Shown piece after piece: positions 28,583 to 39,736 of a stretch of DNA of 64,000 bases. This DNA is from Eledone cirrhosa. Taxonomy: Eukaryota. Every line of letters starts with the position of its first letter. The stretch's first letter is position 1. The DNA lies in the NCBI GenBank assembly GCA_964016885.1, contig OZ024744.1, positions 99,510,001 to 99,574,000 on the forward strand. The letters run 5' to 3'. The notes under the pieces are model-generated. The model did not search any database. It was not told the DNA's origin and saw nothing but the letters and a program-made list of their open reading frames with translations. Both the position numbers and the translations under genes were made by a program.

Positions 28583-29079
28583 GTAAGTACAGAGTTAATG
28601 TGTGCTGTAGCTTACTGCTCAATGTTGTAATCAATGTTGACTCTGTAAAATCATTTTAGTTTTTGTCATTATACAGCACTCGAGAGAATAAATCTATTTC
28701 AGTTTTTTTTTTTTTTTTTTAAAGTTTTCTACGCTTTTATTATTTTTTTTTTTTTACAGATGCTGCATGTATAATTGCTTGAAATTATTTTATGCACTAT
28801 TCTGTTAGACACATACACACATAAGCCCAAAACAATATAATATATCACATTTCAAATGTTGTCTTTTACTATTACAATTGAATATTTTTCTTTTTTGTCT
28901 CTATCAAAATACCCTTTTAGCAGATATCTGGAAACCTAATTTCTCTAAAGCAGTTATGAGAAAGTGAATTTTCAATTCACAAATGCTATTGGTTTCCATA
29001 AGGTTATGAGGAAAATTTTAGTTCTTTATTTATTTTTTTTGTTGCTTAAAACTGTTTTAAAATAATGCTTGTTTTGTTT

Positions 29080-29115
<36 letters not shown>

Positions 29116-29467
29116 TAAATGTTTATATTTTCTTTTATTATATATATTTGCAATGTACAGCATGTACAATCTATTAAAGTATTGTTACTTAATTTCAAAC
29201 GTTTTGGCTTTGTACATTCGTTAGGTAATTGAGGCTTATTATGAATGGTTAAAATATACTGTTCATTATATCAGTCCTTTAAAATATTGACTTTCTATCA
29301 TAAGTAGTTGTAAACTCATTTTGATAGATTGCTTTTAAGTTTAAATTTTTCTAATACATTTCTTAAAAGAAACCTAATAAATTATGTAACTTCATTAGAT
29401 AATGTTACCTTTTGATTTAAATTTATTTCAATGTCTGTATTAATTATTGTTTAATATATTTCTTTAG

Positions 29468-29573
29468 GTCAGGCCCACCACAGCCTGGTGGCCCTCCTGG
29501 CCCGCCACAAGGCCCCCCTCAGCCTGTCCAGCAAAGTAAACGGTTGCAACAAACACAGGCCCAAGTTGAAGAG
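29468..29573 (+). CDS. Syb: Synaptobrevin exon 3, [35 protein letters not shown]
   Basis: tctttAG|G ... GAA GAG|GTAATT; start of the R-SNARE motif (RLQQTQAQV). Confidence 0.97.
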
Positions 29574-29825
29574 GTAATTTCTGCTTTTTTTATTATCCAG
29601 TCTTATATACATCCTAATTTTAGGAATGGTAGGTTATTTAATCTTTTTGAAATTTGCTATTTTTATTCAAGTATTTTCATAATTTCCTTTTTCTTCACCA
29701 GTTTTCATTTGCAATTAAGAATTTCTTTCACCAATATAAAATATATTTCATGCAGTCATAAAAATTTTTGCTTGAAGCATGAATTTGTAATATCATTGCA
29801 TTTTAATAATTTTCTATTTCTACAG

Positions 29826-29904
29826 GTTGTAGATATTATGCGCGTGAATGTTGATAAAGTTTTGGAAAGAGATTCTAAAATCTCTGAACTGGATGACAGA
29901 GCAG
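29826..29904 (+). CDS. Syb: Synaptobrevin exon 4, [26 protein letters not shown](D); contains the zero-layer Arg
   Basis: ctacAG|GTT ... GCA G|GTTAGA; near identity to the VAMP1/2 SNARE core. Confidence 0.98.
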
Positions 29905-30529
29905 GTTAGATTTAAAATTTTTTTTATTTTATTTCTCAAACGTGATGCAAATAAATTGAATTTTTAATTGATCTCAACCCAAGAGAATAAATCAAAGATG
30001 AAGTTAATTGAAAATGTTTTACTCAAATTTGAAGATTTCCTGCGGGTGCACGATGGCAGTACAGCCAATTCGATGTGATACTCAGTGAAAATTACTGTGG
30101 TAGTGCTAAAATATATTGCTTTATTGCAAATATTTGCTATTTCTTTTAGCTTAGCTAATAATATAAATGAATTTACAACAGTAAATTGTCTGCACACTTA
30201 GATAAAGTAGCAAAAAGTTTTAAGATTCTTTGTCAAATACAATCCATGACCAAATGTGGAGTTAATGATGTAAAATCTGTCTTGATCAGTATATTGAAAG
30301 CCACAAATAAACATCTTTTAACATACAAGCAACAGGTTTTTGCAGGAGGCACAGATTTCTCCCCTCTTATTTCTATATTCCAACTTAGTGGTGAAAAGTG
30401 ATGTACAACTCACTCACTTTCAGTTACCCTAACTCGTGTCTCTTATCCTTATTCCTCTTATTTATCTGCTTCCTTTGTAGTTTTGGGTTTTCAGAGTTTG
30501 GGTGTGTCAGCATTATTAACTTTTAGGTC

Positions 30530-30750
30530 TAGAGACTAGCATCCTGTTTCTGCCCTAATGTTGTCTGCCTTGTGGTCCCGGCCGACAGGATCGAGAAGAC
30601 ATTGCCCCAGAGCATGGCAAGGGAGATGCACTGGAACAGCCACTCCACCTCACGTGGCTTACACCCATGAGCAGCCAACTCTCTTCTGATAGCAATGAGC
30701 AGGGATGTGGTCCAGGAGCCAAGAATACTGGAAATGATTCTCTTCATGAA
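30530..30750 (-). mobile_element. Non-LTR retrotransposon 3' remnant with a restriction-like endonuclease C-terminus (CRE/NeSL/R2-like)
   Basis: ILGSW...REVEWLFQCISLAMLWGNVFSI resembles the 'LG.W...FLFQRLS.A..RGNA..I' C-terminal motif. A related copy lies at ~50850-51040 (+). Confidence 0.6.
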
Positions 30751-31999
30751 CCCTCTAAATTAAATTAACCTGCTTCTTTTACCTCTCTCTGAACCCCTCC
30801 AAACACCAGCAACTGATCAATCTCTCAACCTGCATCGAGAACATCTATTTCACATTGCCATTCTCTGAAGTCTTCATTCCTAGTGATTTCAATGTTCACA
30901 TCTCTTGATTCATGTATTATTCGCACACTGCTATTGCTGCAGAAGCAGAAAGCAGCTCTGCTGCAGCGGCATCTTCATTTGTCTTTGATGCATACATTCC
31001 ATATTAATATCCTTCCTACTACCTTCCACCCACCCTTTACCTTAATCTTCACCTATCAGATTATCTAAACACTGCCTAATCAAAGCCACACAGCCACCTA
31101 TTGCGCCACACCGACATGAATCAAATGGCACTTCAAATCAATTTATATTGGTCTTAACTATTTCTGGTACTGATGAGGGTGACACTATCTTGCCTTCAAG
31201 TGGGAACTTGTGGGTCATAAGACAATTGTCCAGTTTTTCTGGTAGGTCAGCCCTTTGACACTCCTCACAACTGGTTTAATCAGCCTGTTGCCAGCACTGT
31301 TGTCCTGGAAGTTGTGAACTTGTACATGCAGTTTGTGAAGCTGCCTGTAAGGATCGAGCGTCAAGTGAGTCGGTGGTCGATATCCTTCTCTCAAAGATGA
31401 TCTCTTCTGACACTCCATGAGAACCAGTAGCAGACAAGATGTCTTGAAAAGAACTTAGTTGACATCCTCCTATCAGAGGTACTCTTTTCTCTGACACTCC
31501 ATACTGTCCATCAGTAACATAGTCTTGTCTATGTAAAAAATGTTTGCTTTCCACAAAGTGATTCATCATCACCATTTTATGTCCATTCTTCCACACTAGC
31601 ATGGGTTAGACAAGTTGTTCTTTTGTGGGTAATGCTAGGTCAGGTGACAATGTCTTGCTCATACAGAACTGATTCTGGCTTGATTTCTACAGTTGGATTC
31701 CCTTCCTAACACCAATCTCATAAATTAAGTTTGTAAAACAGCATTATCTGAGTTTTCTCCACTATATAATCGGGTATTTTTGAGGCCTCTACATGGAGAA
31801 TATGTATGCTTCAATGGCAAATTTTGAGACCTTCAGATTAATAGTAGTGTTATCTATATTGGAATCTAAAAATGTTATGGAAAAGTGAGAATTGACCAAA
31901 CTCTGCAGAAGATTTAGTTAATTACTCTATATAATACTATGTAAATGGAGTTGTTCCATCAACACCAGTGTTATGATTACATGAGTAAAGAGACTTTGT

Positions 32000-32236
32000 T
32001 TAACCCTTTTGATACCAACCCATCCACTCATCCAAAACTGGCTCTGGTTCTGATACAGTACCAGTCACGTTAAGGATTATTTAAACTAAAACTATCCAAA
32101 CATTATTTGATATAAGAATCTGTTATATTATCTTTGTAATTCAAATAATTATAAAAAATTTCCCTAACATCTTCATTAATTAATTGAAATACAGTGTATG
32201 CTATTAGAAATATTAATATTGTAATGACAGGGTTAA
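32000..32236. mobile_element. TTAA-type MITE, family 2 (inverted relative to the 26108 copy)
   Basis: TTAA-CCCTTTTGATACCAACC ... ATGACAGGG-TTAA. Confidence 0.8.
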
Positions 32237-32579
32237 AATATTATGAATAGGTTTTACACAGAACTGTGAAGCTGTTTAAAAAATATGCAACAATTTTAGT
32301 ACCTCTAAACTGTCAAAAAACAAAATGTTTTAAAATATTGAATTTGTATTCTAGATCCTAATAGATTCACGGAGGAATATATAGCCCAATTTGACATGAA
32401 AGCATCTTTCCTTAAAAACTGTTATACCAAATCATCTTATTGCACTATTTGCCAGATTGATAAAGTATCCCCAGGCATGGATTTATTAATTTCATAATGC
32501 TTTAAGCAATTGTAATGTTGAAGTTTTCTTTTGTAGCATTTTAGGCTCTTTTAATATTTTTTTTTTTAAATCTTTTTAG

Positions 32580-32659
32580 ATGCACTTCAAGCAGGTGCCT
32601 CACAGTTTGAAGCAAGTGCTGGAAAACTCAAACGTAAATTCTGGTGGAAAAACTGCAAG
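32580..32659 (+). CDS. Syb: Synaptobrevin exon 5, (D)[26 protein letters not shown]
   Basis: tttttAG|AT GCA ... TGC AAG|GTATGT; ASQFE site and the juxtamembrane KLKRKxWWKN motif. Confidence 0.98.
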
Positions 32660-33539
32660 GTATGTCTGGTTTTAAGATTTAAATAACTTTCTCTGTAGAT
32701 AATTATCTCTATATTAAATTTTATGACAAAATTCTCACCTCTTGAATTTATAATAGACCTTTCAACTAACATAAGATCATATAATTTAATCATTTAAATA
32801 TATATTTTTCGAAGATTTCATTGTGTAATTTGTGAAAAGTATTTAATTCTTAATTTAAATATTTTTATAAGTAAAATAAAAGCATTCTATGGAAATTTAT
32901 TTTCCATTTAATAGATTATATTTGTTATTTTAAATCTATAATTTTCCTGATGAGTTAATTGATATGATGAAATCAGTATAAAAGGTTTTAAATTAATGTA
33001 TTAATGTTAAATTATACACTACCAAGGTGCTGGAATGTTTAGAAAAATCCTCTTGTGTGTGTAATTTACTAACTCGAATAATTTAAATCTTTTCATGTAT
33101 ATAAAAGTGAATTGTTTGAACTAAAAAATGAAGAAAAAATGCAATAATTTTTAGCATTGAAAATCATAACAACCTAGAATAAATGTACTTCACTGATTTT
33201 TGAAGTTTTAATAGTTGTATAGTTTTTTTTTTAAATGACACATTTCATACATATTGAAATAGTTTTTGAATAGCCATACACAACATAATGTCCAAATTAT
33301 TCATTTTGGAGTCATTATAACATAATTAGATGCTTGCTACTCTCTGTGAGTGATCATTTCCAATATATTTAAGTGTTTGAATTTCGGATGGGTAATCCAT
33401 AACAACTTTATTGTATATTTTATGGAGGAGAAAAAATTAAATATGTTGAGTTTAAATTTTATAATGTATACAGCCTGGTAGAATTATTTTATGAACATGG
33501 TATAAATCATGAAGCCTTATTATTACTAAATAATTTCAG

Positions 33540-33591
33540 ATGATGATAATACTTGGTGCAATTGTGGCAGCCATTGTCACTGTAATCATTG
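33540..33591 (+). CDS. Syb: Synaptobrevin transmembrane exon 6A, MMIILGAIVAAIVTVII(V); 52 nt, phase 0-1
   Basis: tactaaataatttcAG|ATG ATG ... ATT G|GTAAGT; canonical MMIILG start of the VAMP transmembrane domain. Confidence 0.96.
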
Positions 33592-34358
33592 GTAAGTGCT
33601 GGTGTCATCGATTATCAATCACTTTCTTGTTGAGTTTGTTTACAACAGCTTCATGGAAATACAGTTTTTTTTATCCACTCAGTATATGCAATAACTTGCT
33701 GTTTAGTTTACTTTTTTTTGTTTTTTATTTTATAAAACAAGCAAAAAGTATGGGTTACTGCATCAAAATATGTTGAGTGATAAAAAAAAAAAAAATCTTT
33801 CAACCACATAAGAGCTGATTGTTACTGAACCAACATTTCGAAAGTGTTTTTCTTTTCTCCAGCACTGAATGCCAATTTAGAAATTTTATTTATTTCAAAT
33901 TTTTATATACTTTAACAATTTGCATCTGAATTTTTTTCCCCATAGCACGCAAAGCAAATTTGCTATCTTTCTTTCAACTTTTTTTTTTTTTTTTTTTTCC
34001 AATATCTATTCTGGAATGTTATTATGCCTATTTTTTTTATCTTGCACTTGCACGCCAATCAAACATATATATATATTTTTCTTTTTTTTTTTTTCAAATT
34101 TTAACCTCTTAAATTAGATTGCTATTTGATTAAATTTCATAAATGTGACCAGCTTCTGTTGTGCTCGTTGATATGAAATTTAAAAAAAGTAACAATAACA
34201 CAGAAAAATCAAAAAGCATTCGGACAATTTTCAAGAAATTTATTTTTTTTTAATGTTGAAGTCAATCTTTTTAGAGGTTAAACCATTTTATTTATCTTCT
34301 TTACTTTACAATTTTTATTTATTTGCACTTTTGGCTTTTTTGAAATTCTCTTTTACAG

Positions 34359-34410
34359 ATGATCGCTATTCTTGTTACCATTGTACTTGTGATTATTATC
34401 ATTATCATTG
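34359..34410 (+). CDS. Syb: Synaptobrevin alternative transmembrane exon 6B, MIAILVTIVLVIIIIII(V); 52 nt, phase 0-1
   Basis: ttctcttttacAG|ATG ATC ... ATC ATT G|GTAAGT. Same length, phases, first codon and last 7 nt as exon 6A, with an uncharged hydrophobic translation. Confidence 0.88.
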
Positions 34411-36633
34411 GTAAGTTATTGTTGGTCTTACGAACTGCCATCTACTCTAACACTGTAATGCAAAGAAGATGTCGGTTCTTTTGTGCTGCTCTAACATTCT
34501 CTTAATTCCAGTGAATGAAATACCTCGATTTCATAAACCATCTATTAATCCACTTTTTAAATGCTTTTTGTAATACTAATTTCTCAGTTAAAAATGGATT
34601 AGGTTTTCAATTCTAAATCGTGTAAAACACTGAATTGAAATTCAATTTAACAAAAATTTCAGCAACTTTCTGTGATAATCCTGAATATTATGTTGCTATT
34701 ACTTTCTGACTTCCTAACTTTTGCAACTATCCCGCTCTTGCAACCCCCCCCCCCCCCTCGTTCTTCATTTTTTGCTCTTTCTCTCTGAAAGTCGGTCTAT
34801 TATTGCATGATTGGTTTTATGTATATTTATGACCAAACATGGTTTGGTCATAATTTACTAGGTGCTATCCTGTTGAACTGAATAAAGGCTAAAAGATCCA
34901 ATGTCAAAAAAATTAAATCTAATTTCATTGAAACTAGAACAGGGCTTAAACCAAGTATATGATCAGGACGAAGTTCATTGTGAGAGGATAGTTCACAGCT
35001 GAAGATGCAACAGATTTCAAAGACGATCTGGTTGGTGATTGGGCAAGACAACCTTTTCCTAAAGAAAACACCACATTTGCAAAGGAATATTTGAAAAATT
35101 ATTACAAACTGAGAAATTGGTTAATTCAGTTTCAGCTTCCCATCTAATGGAAATCCATATGTAGTTGAAGTTTCAATATTTAGAAAGTCAATCTGTTGTT
35201 GCTAGAACAACCACATAATTTTCTTTTCTTTTAACCCCCTATTTCATGAAACATGAGTAGGTGACCAGACAAATCTAGATTTTGAATTTAATCAGATTGT
35301 TTATACAAAATGTTGCCTTGGAGGGCTCCAAAGAAGTCTTCTAATAGAATAGTTTATGGATTCCAGTTACTTGTTGCAGATAAGACTTGTTCCTCTTTTG
35401 TAATCATAAATGGAATAGACCTTGGTTTCAATGAGTGTTCCAGCTGTTCATGAAATTATGTAAGTGAAACTAGTAAAATAATATATGCACACACACGCTG
35501 GAAAGTGGTTGGTGATAGGAAGGGCATCCAGCTGTAGAGGGCTTGCCAAACGGTTGTTAAAGACATGATAACCTCCCCTTTGCACCTGACAACTTGAGAC
35601 AAATCCATGACTTATCTGGGAAATCAGTACTGACTTGGTCTATGTAGAACCTGTCCAACGCTTGCTAACAGGGAAAGTGGACGTTAAAATTATATATATA
35701 CTGGAAAGACTGATGTAAAACTATATAAGCCTTTCATGTATTGCTGTAGCATTGTAGTATATGAAAACGGCTTCTGGCTGAGAATAGAGCAGAATAGATT
35801 TGAGAGGATTCTTCTGGCAACTGATCCACTCATTTTAAATGTTGATTATCATGAAGCTAGAAACTTGTCCATTTGCCCAACTTTGAACTGAAGATGCTCT
35901 GAACTTAAATTTGGATTAAACATTTTAAAATGATTGAGCTAAGAATCTAGTACACCAGAAACAAACATCATCAGTTCAGATTTTATTAATGAATAAGGCA
36001 ACCTGAATATCCTTTGCTCAATCGCATAGCACATCCTGTAAAATGGTTGGTGTTAAGAATGGTATCCAGCTGTAACTATGCCAAATATGGAACTTATAAG
36101 CAAGATGCGATATCTTTGTCATCAAGTCTAAAACTATGACAATCCGTCCCACCCATCCAACATGGAAGGCAATGTAAAATTATGTTGATGAGGGTTGTAT
36201 TTTTGTTTTTATATAAAGTTTTTTTTTTTTTGTATTATCCTAATCATATATTTTCAAGTAATAATCAAATTGTATGTATGCAAAGGTAGAGAAATGGATG
36301 TAAAATAAAGAGAACTGTATATTGTTTTTTTTTAATATAAATTAACGTAATCATATATTTTCAACTAATCAAATTGTTTGCAAGCATGGAGAAATGGGTG
36401 TATGGTGATGTTTCTTAACATTTAATTTGTGTGTGTTTGTATGTATATATATATATATATATATACACACACATACAAATGCAATGAATCTAAACATATC
36501 AAATATATTAGAATTTTGTGTTTCTCAATAAACAAGCTCAATAGACATTGTCCAGTAATAAATCAATTGTAAAAGATATATATCTATATATATATATATA
36601 TAGAGAGAGAGAGGTGTGTGTGTGTATAGAGAG

Positions 36634-36668
36634 AGAAAGAACCATATTTTGTAGAGAAAACAGTATAC

Positions 36669-36711
<43 letters not shown>

Positions 36712-36838
36712 TGGATACATATTTCATTGAGGATTCATTAAGGAACATGTACTCAAGATGAGTACATGTTCCTTAATGAAATATGTATCTAGTATATATA
36801 CGATATACTGTGTTTTCTCTACAAAATATGGTTCTCTC
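36634..36838. repeat. Long interrupted inverted repeat (fold-back)
   Basis: Perfect 22-bp inner arms at 36734-36755/36759-36780, with further arms at ~36703-36723/36780-36800 and 36638-36662/36811-36835. Confidence 0.92.
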
Positions 36839-38116
36839 TTGCTCAAAATGTAAATATTACATATTTATTAGTGTAAATGCAATAGGTGTATGGTAGATAT
36901 TTTCAGTTAAGTTTTTCACAAATTAGCTTTTGCAAACATTTTGTAAATGTTCTGTGGTAGTTACTTTTAGGCTGTTATGGAAAACTAAACGCTTGTTTCA
37001 TTATAATTGATATGCCAAATATCAAGCATTAGGCCTCCTGGACTGCCATGTTCCTTCACCAAATTCGGATGGATGAGGACATCACATACACTAAGGGTGG
37101 AGCCTGGTGGGAGTGGAATGGCTGATGCCACGAATATTACTGCTTGTTTTCTGCAGCAATATTTTCGCCAGGTTATCTGGACGCAGCTTAGATAAGCCGT
37201 CCAACTATGATAGGAGAGTTTGCTCCCCTTTTCCTTGTTTTTTTTGTTTGTTTCGTTTTACTGTTAAATTCTAGAAGAAAAAAAATCTTCACATCTTATT
37301 TAACATGTTAATCACCAGCTAACTGAACCATTAAATTATTCCTGTTAATTATGTGGAATTGGTTTGGAGCTTATTTTGTAGCTTGCAAAGTAAACTGAAA
37401 TATTAAAAAAAATTATTTATTTAGAATTTTTAGATTTACTGGATGGTCTAATTCCTCTTTTTAAACAAAATAATTTCCATTTTAACATTCAAACATTTTT
37501 CTGGGCCTATTAGTTCAGCAATTATTTTATGCCAACTTACCTGAGGCTACCCCTGTTTCTATGCTGTTCATTTTGAAATTGAAACCTTCCGCAACAGAGG
37601 CTCTTAGATAAAATTTTGTTCCAAAACAGTATGGTGATGTTAATAATTTTTTTTCTTCTTTTTTTATGATTGCATTCCACCTTTCTTAGACTTAACATAC
37701 CTTTCTTAGACTTAACATTAACAATTCCCATTTCTTCCTTGGTCAGCTTCTGTAAGTTTCATTATGTATTATGTGTCTATACCAGTTAGCTCTCTTTGCA
37801 TACCTACTTTCTAGTTCTTGAGTATGCTCAGTTTTTTTTATGTTTTATGCATATTATGATCCATTGGGTTTTCAGCGTTAACTAATTCTTCATCATATTT
37901 CATACACATTGCTTTATTCATTAATACCATCAAACGCCATGCCTTCTTCATGCAGGTTACTCTTTGCCAACAGGGGACTGCAATTCTATCATTAGGGAGC
38001 TGAAATTCCTTCAGTTCGTGGTTTTCTCAGTTACTCACTATTGTATACATGGTTCAAATCCTCCTGGTACTTCAGTTTTTAGGTTTGTTTTTTTTTCCTA
38101 TACACATGCCAGCCAG

Positions 38117-38151
<35 letters not shown>

Positions 38152-39721
38152 CTTGGCCAAATGTTTTGTTTGTAATCATTTGGTCCTGGGTTCAATCCCA
38201 CTGTGTGATATCTTGAGCAAGTGTCATTTACCATAGCCACAGGTTAATCCAAGCCTTGTCGGTGAGATTGGGTAGACAGAAATTAGAAATTGTTTGAAAG
38301 CTTGTCAGATGGACTGTACCCATCAAGCTAAATCTCTGAAAATTGCATTACAGGTACATATGTTTGTGGAATGCAGTCACTTACACTTTAATTTCATGAG
38401 GAGGCTTACTCATTGACTGAACATGTAGAACATCTAGAACACATCAGAACCATAGGTCTGTTCTGTGTGTTTTGTATAAATGGTAGTATCAGTAGCAAGC
38501 ACCAGACAGTTGTTGTCTTTGTCAACTACTGTGGTCAATTTGACTTAACTTCTTTGTGGAGAAGGCACATGGCTTAATGATTAGGGTGTTCTGTTCACAA
38601 CTGCAAAGTTATGAGCTTGATTCCTAAAACGCGTGCTAAAACGTGTATCCTTGAGCAAGACATGTCACTCTAGTTCACTCAACTAGCAAAAATGAGTTGT
38701 CATTCAGGATCTCCCTGAGAATTATATCAAGAGTGTCTGTGGAATGCTAAGCCTCTTGCAAATTAACAAATATACTGCTTGTGAAATTAATGTGTAACTT
38801 AGGTTGTAATAATTGTATACTAACTACATCAATGATTATTGGCAGTAATGATGATTATAGTGGTGATGGCTTATGAGTTGTATCAAACATGACAACCTCC
38901 TTAATGCTGGTGCCACAGTGCAAAAGACTCAGCACTCTGTAGAGTATAGCAAGATGTGGTTCATCCGTGATGTCTGTCGCTCTGATTAGGTATTGAAATG
39001 ACCCATCCAACTCTTGCTAGCAGGGAAAACAGACATTAAATGATTGATATATCATCATCGTTTAACGTCCATCTTCCAAGGATATTTGGAAGGATTGAAT
39101 AGATTTTCAGCCTGATCTTTGTTAAAAATCTAAAAAAAAAAGCATAAATCATAAATGCATTCTACAAACTTTTCTAATCTGGCTATAAAATGGTTCTTTA
39201 CATGCATACATAATATAGTGTATGTGTGTGTGTATACATGCACACATACATATATACACACACCCACAATCTCATTTACATTTTATTGTTCATCTAACAT
39301 TCTGAATTCTCTCCTTTATTTGAAAAATTATTTCAGGAAACCTTTTAATCTTATGGCTATATATTGTGCACTTTATTTAAAAAAATAAAACAAGACAATG
39401 AGTTTTCATGAATGTGTAGAAATAAGACTTTATTACTTGAATTCAACACGCATCAGTAAAATCTTTGCAGTATTTTTATTGGAATTTTAAGGTTTCAAAG
39501 AAAACAAATTGTTGAGAGTAAATTAATTAGATTTGACAATATTCTCATTTTCTTTCCTTCACGTTTGCTTTTTGTCCTTTGTACACATTTCATATGCACA
39601 TATTATATATTTCAGTTTAATTTTATTTCATTACCTTTGCAATTGAACCTTTCTGTAGAATAATTCAATGCAAGTATTTCACCACAAAATTTAACGTGCA
39701 TCGACTGTTCTTTTCCTCTAG

Positions 39722-39736
39722 TATTTCACTCATTTG
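39722..39736 (+). CDS. Syb: Candidate 15-nt microexon (V)FHSF between the TM and tail exons; phase 1-1
   Basis: TTTAAC branch-like motif, then ctgttcttttcctctAG|TATTTCACTCATTTG|GTAATA; frame-preserving. Confidence 0.35.

Noticed and set aside
31165-31210. CTGATGA followed by a possible stem II in a TE-like region
   Set aside because: The required GAAA is missing; at best a decayed Penelope-type relic.
32941-32990. CTGATGA...GAAA hammerhead-like core
   Set aside because: Stem II is only 4 weak pairs and stem I does not close next to the core.
33540-33776. 78-aa ORF extending exon 6A
   Set aside because: Read-through past a consensus GTAAGT donor into intron; no evidence for retention. ORF 29544-29909 is the same kind of artefact: exon 3, an in-frame 252-nt intron and exon 4.
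37007-37230. GC-richer island with a possible 15-nt exon (ctgcAG|CAATATTTTCGCCAG|GTTATC) and a short ORF
   Set aside because: Weak donor, no V-aromatic tail signature and no recognisable protein; more likely an old TE fragment.
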